From Planctopirus limnophila DSM 3776 (GTDB lineage Bacteria; Planctomycetota; Planctomycetia; Planctomycetales; Planctomycetaceae): 32,000 nt of DNA. Positions 18,714-25,947 of this stretch are shown here, piece by piece. The stretch spans positions 3,240,001-3,272,000 of the forward strand of contig NC_014148.1 in NCBI RefSeq assembly GCF_000092105.1, read 5' to 3'. Position 1 is the stretch's first letter. Every line of letters starts with the position of its first letter. The position numbers and the translations under genes were made by a program. The notes under the pieces are model-generated. The model saw only the letters and a list, made by a program, of their open reading frames with translations. It made no database searches and was not told the DNA's origin.

Positions 18714-19970
18714 ATGTCCTGGCAAGCGTACTCACAAGATATTGGTCAAGCGGCACGAAATGCTTCCGTGGCATTGCGGAATGTTTCCCCGGCCCGCAAG
18801 ACTCAAGGTGTGCTGGCCATTGCCAGAGCCTTGCGCAGCCAGTCGGCGGCGATTCTCGCTGCGAATGCGAAAGATATCGAAGCAGCCCCCGGCTTTGGAC
18901 TGAACTCGGCGGCGATTGATCGACTGCGACTTTCGACAGACCGCATTGAGGCGATGGCGCGGGCCGTCGAAGAAGTAGCCGCACTCCCTGATCCTGTGGG
19001 AGCTGTCATTGATGGTTCGATTCGGCCAAACGGGCTGCAGGTGCAGCGAATTCGAGTTCCACTGGGTGTCGTACTGTTCATTTACGAATCCCGTCCGAAT
19101 GTGACCACAGACGCTGCCGCCTTATGCCTCAAGAGCGGGAATGCGGTGATTTTACGGGGTGGCAAAGAGGCCATGCACTCGAACATGTGCCTGGGTGAAA
19201 TTGTGCAGGGGGCTGTGGCTGAAGCGGGTTTACCCCCTGCCCTTGTCCAGATTGTCAATACACCAGCCCGGGAAGTGGTCGGAGAACTGCTGCGACTGAA
19301 CACTTTGATTGATGTGGTGATCCCGCGTGGTGGGAAGTCGCTGATTGAGCGGGTGATGTCAGAAGCGACGATGCCGGTCATTAAACATTACGACGGCGTT
19401 TGCCATGTCTATATCGACGCGAGTGCTGATCTGGATATGGCCAGCCGGATTCTGGAAAACAGCAAATGCCAGCGAACCGGGGTCTGCAATGCGGCTGAAT
19501 GTGTGCTGGTGCATGCAGCGATTGCCGAAAAGTTTCTGCCCCGACTGGGCGAAATCATGTCCCGGCGCGGGCTCCAGGTGCGTGGCTGCTCGAAAACTTG
19601 CTCTTTATTACCAGAAGCTCAAGCAGCCGAGGAAAACGATTACCGCACAGAGTATCTGGACATGATCATCTCCTGCAAAGTCGTCGATGCTCTCGAGCAG
19701 GCGATAGGACACATTGAGACATATGGTTCACACCATACCGACTGCATTATTACCGATGATTACTCTGCTGCTCAGCAGTTTGTGCAGGAGGTCGATTCTG
19801 CGGCTGTCATGGTCAATGCCAGTACGCGGTTCAATGATGGGGGAGAACTGGGCCTGGGAGCAGAAATTGGCATCAGCACTGATAAGTTTCATGCCCGTGG
19901 CCCTTGTGGACTGACTGAATTGACGAGTTACAAGTATGTTGTTCGTGGGGCTGGGCAAATCCGTGGCTAA
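18714..19970 (+). CDS. proA: Glutamate-5-semialdehyde dehydrogenase (gamma-glutamyl phosphate reductase)
   Basis: Collinear with E. coli ProA: VPLGVVLFIYESRPNVTTDAAALCLKSGNAVILRGGKEA, IPRGG, HGSHHTDCIIT, NASTRFNDGGELGLGAEIGIST. Confidence 0.95.
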   Translation: MSWQAYSQDIGQAARNASVALRNVSPARKTQGVLAIARALRSQSAAILAANAKDIEAAPGFGLNSAAIDRLRLSTDRIEAMARAVEEVAALPDPVGAVIDGSIRPNGLQVQRIRVPLGVVLFIYESRPNVTTDAAALCLKSGNAVILRGGKEAMHSNMCLGEIVQGAVAEAGLPPALVQIVNTPAREVVGELLRLNTLIDVVIPRGGKSLIERVMSEATMPVIKHYDGVCHVYIDASADLDMASRILENSKCQRTGVCNAAECVLVHAAIAEKFLPRLGEIMSRRGLQVRGCSKTCSLLPEAQAAEENDYRTEYLDMIISCKVVDALEQAIGHIETYGSHHTDCIITDDYSAAQQFVQEVDSAAVMVNASTRFNDGGELGLGAEIGISTDKFHARGPCGLTELTSYKYVVRGAGQIRG

Positions 19971-20050
19971 ACCAGAGAGAATGCCTTACCAGTTGTCAGC
20001 AGGGATGAGAGACGAGCAGCGTATTGGCAGTGATCTGAGCTAAACAAAGA

Positions 20051-20095
20051 ATTTCGACTGAGTTCATTTCGACGGAATTTATCTCGACAGGGAAG
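20051..20095. repeat. Three tandem 15-nt units sharing the core atYtcgac, directly upstream of the fliM ribosome-binding site
   Basis: The units are atttcgactgagttc / atttcgacggaattt / atctcgacagggaag. Units 1 and 2 match at 12 of 15 positions. The repeat also shows as [10 protein letters not shown] in the antisense ORF translation. Confidence 0.6.
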
Positions 20096-20107
20096 TGGAG
20101 AGACAAC

Positions 20108-21235
20108 ATGGCCGATGTACTCAGCCAGTCGGAAGTAGAGACACTGCTGGCAGCACTCGATCCGGCTCCACGCAGTAATGCTGGTTCTGCCATGAGCGGC
20201 CCGGCACCCAGTTCGACACCAGTCCGTCGGCGAGAAAATGGGCCGCAGATCAGTGTTTACGATTTCAAGCGTCCCGAGCGCGTCAGTAAAGAACAGATGC
20301 GTGCCTTTCAGGCATTGCACGAAGGTTTCAGCCGGGAGTTTGGCGCTGCACTTTCGGGGATGCTGCGAGCGATTGTCGAAGTCAAACTGATCAGCGTGGA
20401 TCAATTAACGTACAGCGAGTTTGTCTTCAGCCTGGAGAACCCCACCTGCTTCAACCTCCTCGAATCGAAAGGTCTTGAAGGACATCTGATCCTGGATTTG
20501 AGTCCTTCGATCATTTTTCCGATTGTGGATCGTCTCTTAGGTGGTGGGAAAGAAAGCATCCCGAGCATTCCCAGTCGGCCGCTCACTGAGATTGAACTGC
20601 AACTGGTGTCGCGGATCACATTACTGGTGATCAATGGGCTTGAAAACGCATGGCATAACGTGTGCAGCCTGGGCCTGAAGGTAACTCAGATCGAGAGTAA
20701 CCCTCAACTGGTGCAGATTGTGCCACCGAACGAAGTGATTGTGCTGGTCAGTTTTGAGATCACGATGGGTGAAGTCCGCGGCATCATGAACCTGTGTATT
20801 CCATTCAATACGATCGAGCCACTTTCCGGAAAACTCTCGTCGGACACATGGTCGGCTTATCAGAAGAAGGGGCTTGATCCCAAACAGCGAGTGATTCTGG
20901 AAGACGGGCTTTCCAAGGCCGCCGTCAAAATGATTGTGAATCTGGCACACACTCGACTCACAGCGCGAGACCTGGCTCATCTGGCTGTGGGAGATGTGAT
21001 CATGACTGAACACCCCAAAGAAGATGGGTTGGAAGTGGTGGTCGAGGGCTGCCCGATGTTTATGGCGAAACCCGGTGCCGTCAAAGGGAAAAAGGCCATT
21101 CGCGTCACGGGAATGGTGGCCCACAGCCGGGATATTCTGCGCGAAAAGCTGCAAGCGGCCGCAGAATCATCGACCACTAAAACGGCGCCAGCTGTCACTG
21201 AACCGAAAACCAATCCACCCAAGCCCCGGACCTAA
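20108..21235 (+). CDS. fliM: Flagellar motor switch protein FliM
   Basis: N-terminal CheY-P-binding-type motif [10 protein letters not shown]. The middle domain is collinear with E. coli FliM ([41 protein letters not shown]). The C-terminus has a SpoA/FliN-like segment ([12 protein letters not shown]...[13 protein letters not shown]). GGAG lies 7 nt upstream. Confidence 0.9.
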   Translation: MADVLSQSEVETLLAALDPAPRSNAGSAMSGPAPSSTPVRRRENGPQISVYDFKRPERVSKEQMRAFQALHEGFSREFGAALSGMLRAIVEVKLISVDQLTYSEFVFSLENPTCFNLLESKGLEGHLILDLSPSIIFPIVDRLLGGGKESIPSIPSRPLTEIELQLVSRITLLVINGLENAWHNVCSLGLKVTQIESNPQLVQIVPPNEVIVLVSFEITMGEVRGIMNLCIPFNTIEPLSGKLSSDTWSAYQKKGLDPKQRVILEDGLSKAAVKMIVNLAHTRLTARDLAHLAVGDVIMTEHPKEDGLEVVVEGCPMFMAKPGAVKGKKAIRVTGMVAHSRDILREKLQAAAESSTTKTAPAVTEPKTNPPKPRT

Positions 21236-21385
21236 CTGACATTTGTGGTGCAAGTTCCCCAATGCACGTCATGCCATCAAATACATTAACGAGTATTGAT
21301 TTGTATCCACCGCCGGATATGCTGAACGTGACTAACTGATCCACCGAAAATAGATGTCAAAAAAACTTCAATTTGCGGCAACTTG

Positions 21386-21413
21386 TTGACTCAGTACGAT
21401 TTCCGGTATAAAT
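21386..21413 (+). promoter_or_regulatory. Sigma-70-like promoter candidate upstream of infC
   Basis: TTGACT at 21386-21391 and TATAAAT at 21407-21413, with a spacer of 15-16 nt. It lies about 120 nt upstream of the inferred infC start. Planctomycete promoter rules are poorly known. Confidence 0.35.
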
Positions 21414-21538
21414 CAGTTGAGACAAGGTGCAGTCGAGAAGGGCAATTGCTTGCCAGACGCCACCTCACGGCTGATTCCATGCAGTTTGCGGCCATTGGAT
21501 ATTTGAGATAACTTCTTTCCTTACTGGAGATTACGGCA

Positions 21539-22048
21539 ATCGAAACGACGCATCGTATTAATGATCAGATTCGACTTTCCCCAATTCGGGTGGTTGATCA
21601 CGAAGGGAAAATGTTAGGAGTGATCCCCACCTCGGAAGCCATGCGTGTGGCGCTCGAAGTTGGCATGGATCTCGTTGAGGTCGCTCCTGGCGAGCGCCCT
21701 CCGGTCTGCCGAATCATGGATTACGGCAAGTTCAAGTATGAACAGAAGAAAAAACACGCAAATTCGGCCAAGCAGCATCAGGTGCAGATTAAGGAAATCC
21801 GTCTCCGCCCCAAAACTGGTGAACACGACATCGAGTTTAAGGTGAAGCAGGCGAAGGAATTTCTGTCGCAAAAAGACAAAGTGAAGCTGAATATCATCTT
21901 TCGTGGTCGTGAAAATGCGCATCACGATCGCGGTAAAGAAATTCTCGCGAACATTATCCAGCAGTTGGCAGAGCACTGTAAAGTTGAGCAAATGCCCAAA
22001 CTGGAAGGTGGACGCAACATGATTGCCGTACTGGCTCCCAAGACATAA
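21539..22048 (+). CDS. infC: Translation initiation factor IF-3, with an inferred non-AUG start
   Basis: [17 protein letters not shown] and the C-terminal domain are typical of IF-3. The conserved N-terminal [13 protein letters not shown] lies upstream of the ORF-track GTG at 21590. That frame is open back to the stop at 21509-21511 and contains no ATG, GTG or TTG. The ATC at 21539 has GGAG 9 nt upstream. ATT at 21530 and CTG at 21524 are alternatives. Confidence 0.85.
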   Translation: METTHRINDQIRLSPIRVVDHEGKMLGVIPTSEAMRVALEVGMDLVEVAPGERPPVCRIMDYGKFKYEQKKKHANSAKQHQVQIKEIRLRPKTGEHDIEFKVKQAKEFLSQKDKVKLNIIFRGRENAHHDRGKEILANIIQQLAEHCKVEQMPKLEGGRNMIAVLAPKT

Positions 22049-22098
22049 CACGTTGACTTAACAGCAGATGCAAACAGTCGAATTGCATCACAAACGTG
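22049..22098 (+). other. Two-tier hairpin immediately after the infC stop (possible terminator/attenuator or protein-binding structure)
   Basis: The outer stem pairs cacgtt (22049-54) with aacgtg (22093-98). The inner stem pairs gatgcaa (22067-73) with ttgcatc (22083-89). The element is followed by attattct. Confidence 0.35.
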
Positions 22099-22356
22099 AT
22101 TATTCTGAGAGATCACCGGCTCACTTCGCCTGCTTTCCATCCATCGGCTCATTCATCATTCTGCGTTCTTGAGTGATTGAGCGCGATCGCTGGAAATTTA
22201 CCGGGCCACTGAACTATACTCCCCGTTCCTGAATTGATGGCTTTTGATCAGAGGAACAGATCCTTTGATGAAAGACTTTGTTGAGCCGCAGCAATTTCAC
22301 TGCATTTCACGACAGACAGTCTGCCGACATGTTGGCAGCCAAAGTTGAGAAGAGTT

Positions 22357-22557
22357 ATGACTAAGCAAAAGACCCACAAGGGAATGCTCAAGCGGTTCAA
22401 AGTCACAGCAAGTGGCAAGGCCAAGCACCGGAGTGCATACCGCGGGCACCTTTTGTCTCACAAAAGTGGCAATCGTAAGCGTCACCTCCGTCTTGATAAC
22501 GTGGTGACAGGCCCGAATGCCAAGAATATTATTGAAGGTCTCCGGCCAATTCTCTAA
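22357..22557 (+). CDS. rpmI: 50S ribosomal protein L35
   Basis: [37 protein letters not shown] is the L35 signature. I use the ATG at 22357; the ORF-track start at 22345 is four codons longer. Confidence 0.93.
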   Translation: MTKQKTHKGMLKRFKVTASGKAKHRSAYRGHLLSHKSGNRKRHLRLDNVVTGPNAKNIIEGLRPIL

Positions 22558-22671
22558 TCGACAGGCCTATTTTTTAATGACCACTGTGGCTGGGAACGCG
22601 TTCATATCGTTTGTTCTTTGCTGATCAACGATCACACGAATACCGCCCTTTGAAGTTTACGACAGGTTATT

Positions 22672-23064
22672 ATGCGTATCAGTTTTGCAGTTGCCCGCCA
22701 TAAATCTCACAAACGGCTTTTCCGCGAAGCTCGCGGTCAGGTTGGTGGTCGTAGTAAGCAGATTCGTCTGGTGAAAGAAACAGTGGTTCGTAACCGCTGC
22801 TTCGCCTTCCGTGACCGGCGCGCCCGCAAGCGTGACTTCCGCTCGTTGTGGATCACTCGTATTACAGCCGCTGCTCAAATGCGTGGTCTGTCTTACAGCC
22901 GATTCATCAACGGAATGGATCTTGCAGGGATCAAGCTCAATCGCAAGTCCCTCAGCGAGCTGGCAATTCATCACCCAGCCGTATTCGACGAAGTGGCCAA
23001 CCTCGTGAAGGCTGCACTGCAAAAGAACAATGTCAATTTTGGTCGCAAGCTGGCTGCTGTCTAA
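22672..23064 (+). CDS. rplT: 50S ribosomal protein L20
   Basis: [36 protein letters not shown] is the L20 signature, and the gene follows rpmI in the conserved order. Confidence 0.95.
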   Translation: MRISFAVARHKSHKRLFREARGQVGGRSKQIRLVKETVVRNRCFAFRDRRARKRDFRSLWITRITAAAQMRGLSYSRFINGMDLAGIKLNRKSLSELAIHHPAVFDEVANLVKAALQKNNVNFGRKLAAV

Positions 23065-23168
23065 TCATTTGTTTCCTGAATGCTGCCTTTCAGGCGATTC
23101 AGGAAGTTAAGGATATGGTTCTGGCGATGGGAGATCGCCCAGTCTTCAAATGTTTGAAGAGTCTCTCT

Positions 23169-23204
23169 GGGGGCGTGGAGTATCCACAGCCCCCTTTTCT
23201 TTTA
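23169..23204 (+). terminator. Intrinsic terminator after rplT
   Basis: The sequence is gggggc-g-tgga-gta-tcca-ca-gccccc followed by TTTTCTTTTA. Confidence 0.75.
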
Positions 23205-23316
23205 TATGAAGCTCCTCTGTACGCTGAATTTTCAGGACAATTGACTCACCGATAAAGCGACACCTGCCACGAAACGGGTCTCCATCACTTACCCAAAATC
23301 ACCGGATGAGAATCGA

Positions 23317-24321
23317 ATGAGTACAGCCTACGAGGCCTTTCAGGTCTTTGAACAAGAGGCAACCGCAGCGATTGAAGCGGCACGAAATGTGGCTGATCTT
23401 GAGCAGGTACGCATCCTCTTTCTCGGGAAAAGCAAAGGGCGATTGAAAGACCTGCAAAGTGAACTGGGGAAAGCGACTCCCGCAGAAAGACCGGCCATTG
23501 GTCAGGCCTTTAATGATATGAAACTGCGGGTCACTCAATTGTTTGATGCCCGGGTGGAAGTGCTTTCTCGTCCGGAGAGCCAGCCTCGAGACTTTGATGT
23601 CACGTTGCCGGGAAATCTTCCGAGGTTAGGACGGGAACATCCTATTACTCAGACGATTGAAGAATTCAAAGAGATCATCGGTCGCTTTGGGTTCACTGTC
23701 GATGATGGCCCTGAGCTGGAAGACGAATATCACAATTTCGATGCGCTCAATATCCCTAAGGATCACCCCGCACGGGATCCACTCGACAATTTCTACCTGG
23801 CGGCTGCTAAAACAGCGAACGGGCAGCCCATCCTTCTGCGAAGCCAGACCTCAACTGTCCAGATTCGCGTGATGGAACGAACGAAGCCTCCCGTCAGAAT
23901 TGTCTCTGTGGGCCGCGTTTATCGTCCGGATGAAATCGATCGCACCCACCACCAGATGTTCCATCAGATGGAAGGACTGATGGTCGGCGAAGGGGTCACG
24001 ATGGCCACTCTCAAGAGTGTGCTCAAGATGTTCGCGGCCGCTTATCTGGGTGAAGATGTCGAAATCCGCTTCCGCCCCTCATTCTTCCCGTTCACAGAAC
24101 CATCTGTCGAAGTCGATGTCCGCTGGCGAGACGGCTGGCTGGAACTCGGTGGTGCAGGGATGGTCGATCCACAGGTTCTCGAAAATGTCGGTTACGATCC
24201 CGAAACGATCACTGGCTTTGCATTTGGATTAGGGATTGCCCGCTTCTGTATGCTGCGCCACGGCATCGACGATATTCGACTTTTCTATGAAAACGACCTG
24301 CGGTTCCTGAAGCAATTTTAG
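23317..24321 (+). CDS. pheS: Phenylalanine--tRNA ligase alpha subunit
   Basis: [49 protein letters not shown] and [10 protein letters not shown] are class II PheS motifs. Confidence 0.95.
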   Translation: MSTAYEAFQVFEQEATAAIEAARNVADLEQVRILFLGKSKGRLKDLQSELGKATPAERPAIGQAFNDMKLRVTQLFDARVEVLSRPESQPRDFDVTLPGNLPRLGREHPITQTIEEFKEIIGRFGFTVDDGPELEDEYHNFDALNIPKDHPARDPLDNFYLAAAKTANGQPILLRSQTSTVQIRVMERTKPPVRIVSVGRVYRPDEIDRTHHQMFHQMEGLMVGEGVTMATLKSVLKMFAAAYLGEDVEIRFRPSFFPFTEPSVEVDVRWRDGWLELGGAGMVDPQVLENVGYDPETITGFAFGLGIARFCMLRHGIDDIRLFYENDLRFLKQF

Positions 24322-24415
24322 AGTTGATCGCGTGGATCTTTATCAGTGGCTGGTGGTAACAGCTTTGGAATGACTGATTCGTTTCCCACCAGATAACGGC
24401 GAGTTGCTGCTTGCG

Positions 24416-24445
24416 AAAACATGCTTGCCCAGAGCTGCAAGCATG
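24416..24445 (-). terminator. Intrinsic terminator candidate for the minus-strand vWA operon
   Basis: The minus strand reads catgcttgc-agctctgg-gcaagcatg (9-bp stem) followed by TTTTCG. On the plus strand, the larger ccaccag...ccggtgg pairing followed by tcttttt may terminate pheS. Confidence 0.5.
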
Positions 24446-24505
24446 GCACACAGCCGGTGGTCTTTTTGTGCATTTCGTCAGCGGAGCGCCCTCAGCAAGT
24501 GACGG

Positions 24506-25891
24506 TCATCGTCCAATTGGGCCGGAAGCTGTGCTGAACTGGAGCACATCTCGAATTGCCGTAAAGTTAGGCTGCAATGTCAGCCTGACGTATCGGCGAT
24601 CTCCCGAAACCACCGCCAGCGCTGCCATGGAAACTCCCTCGGCAATCGACGTGACCTGAGGTGCCTGCAGCGCCACCCCGACACCCACACCACCACCTCC
24701 TCCAGCATTTGGCCCCACCTGAGCCAGTGGTGGCCAGTTTCGAGCATCCGGCATATGCCCTCTCAGCGCCGAGAGGACGACATTCCCGGATGTTGTTGGC
24801 TTGGTCGCTTTACGCGATGAAGCATCGGGAACTGGGGCAGCCGCTTGACGACGTCCACCTCGCATGAGAACTCGTAACTCCTGATCATCCTTTCCTAGGA
24901 TAATCGTCCGGGTCGTCTCGTCAGCATCTGTCTGACCTTTGCGGCGAGTGATCGTGACAGCCACCCGCTTACCCACAATATCACCCTGCACATGACGAAT
25001 CCGAATTCGATACTCACCATCGAAAGCGAACGGGCAGACATATTCTTCCTGGCAGTTTTCCTGACGTGGCCCAAAGCCGTCACGAGAAAGTAATCCACCT
25101 GCGGGAGTTCGCGGAGTTTCATGCGAACAAGTCGACCCGCCGGGCTCATCTACCAGCAGATCGACATCACCCGCACCGTTCCACTCGACTTTGACACTGA
25201 GATCGCAAGCTTTGGATTGCTCAAATTGTTTAGTCAACATTTCTGCTGTTGCAGTCTCGCCCTTCTGGCGGAAAGCCGTGGTCGCTTCGATTGTGGCCGC
25301 TTCTGCCAGCTTGAGCATCTCTTCCCGATCAGCACCCCAGGCATGCTGTGCCAACCCGGGAGCACTCCACAAAATGGTATCCCAGGCTTTATTGGACATC
25401 GCGATTTTGGTGGCTAGTAAATACAACTCCACCCGCGTTGGATCTTGCCGAACCGCCTGGTCTAGTAACGACAGTGCACGTTCGGGCCGCCCTAATCGAG
25501 AAAAGTAGGTGGCGAGAAAAGCCAATGAGGCGGGATCATTTGCACCCACATCGACACCCGAGAGCATGACACGCTCGATCTGTGCTTTGGGGCGTTTATC
25601 AAGCTCCATCGATAACGCCAGCACCTCGTGCATCCAGGGCTGAACCTGGCCAGCCCGGATTGAGGCCTCAATGAGACCTATGGCTGCTGCATGCTGACCT
25701 GATGAAGAAAATCCGGTAATCAGCTCTCGGACAACATCTTGCTTGGGTGATTTCTCTACCAGAAACCGATCCCATTCTTCTGGCGATTTGAAACTCACCG
25801 TTTTGGAAGTGATGTCCGCCGGTGCGGAGTCTTTTTTCTGGCAGAAGGTTCTCTTTGAAAAAACAGAACTGCGAAGTGGGGCAGGTGGCAA
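24506..25891 (-). CDS. Hypothetical protein: TPR-like helical repeats, a DUF2135-like domain, a Gly tract, and a short secretin-like beta-strand motif at the C-terminus
   Basis: The segment VKVEWNGAGDVDLLVDEPGGSTCSHETPRTPAGGLLSRDGFGPRQ...FDGEYRIRIRH follows the DUF2135 pattern (W..D.DL.V.EP.G..C.....T..GG.LS.D..GP....G.Y.I.I). The tail is GGGGGVGVGV...GVSMAALAVVSGDRRYVRLTLQPNFTAI. The start is a TTG only 2 nt after AGGAGG and there is no signal peptide, so the start is uncertain. It lies 56 nt downstream of the vWA gene on the same strand. Confidence 0.65.
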   Translation of the reverse strand: MPPAPLRSSVFSKRTFCQKKDSAPADITSKTVSFKSPEEWDRFLVEKSPKQDVVRELITGFSSSGQHAAAIGLIEASIRAGQVQPWMHEVLALSMELDKRPKAQIERVMLSGVDVGANDPASLAFLATYFSRLGRPERALSLLDQAVRQDPTRVELYLLATKIAMSNKAWDTILWSAPGLAQHAWGADREEMLKLAEAATIEATTAFRQKGETATAEMLTKQFEQSKACDLSVKVEWNGAGDVDLLVDEPGGSTCSHETPRTPAGGLLSRDGFGPRQENCQEEYVCPFAFDGEYRIRIRHVQGDIVGKRVAVTITRRKGQTDADETTRTIILGKDDQELRVLMRGGRRQAAAPVPDASSRKATKPTTSGNVVLSALRGHMPDARNWPPLAQVGPNAGGGGGVGVGVALQAPQVTSIAEGVSMAALAVVSGDRRYVRLTLQPNFTAIRDVLQFSTASGPIGR

Positions 25892-25947
25892 AACCTCCTG
25901 CCCAAACTCCGCAGTTTCATTAAGGCACTTAGAACTCTGAGTCGAGT

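Noticed and set aside
20084-22664. A recurring heptamer cgacagg near gene starts and ends (upstream of fliM at 20084, after the rpmI stop at about 22560, and before rplT at about 22658), plus the related acgacag in the rpmI leader at about 22310
   Set aside because: A 7-mer is expected by chance about twice per strand in 32 kb, and the pattern was noticed post hoc. The distances to start codons are inconsistent (about 5 to 45 nt).
23206-23244. The mini-ORF MKLLCTLNFQDN upstream of pheS, considered as a pheM-like attenuation leader peptide
   Set aside because: It has only one Phe codon, and no alternative terminator/antiterminator pairing follows it.
25792-25920. An out-of-frame ATG at 25920 opens a 43-codon frame upstream of the 461-aa gene. 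T6 and A6 runs lie nearby, which raised the idea of a frameshifted true N-terminus.
   Set aside because: The 43-aa peptide does not look like a signal peptide, and nothing in the sequence requires a frameshift. It remains unresolved and is noted only as uncertainty about that gene's start.
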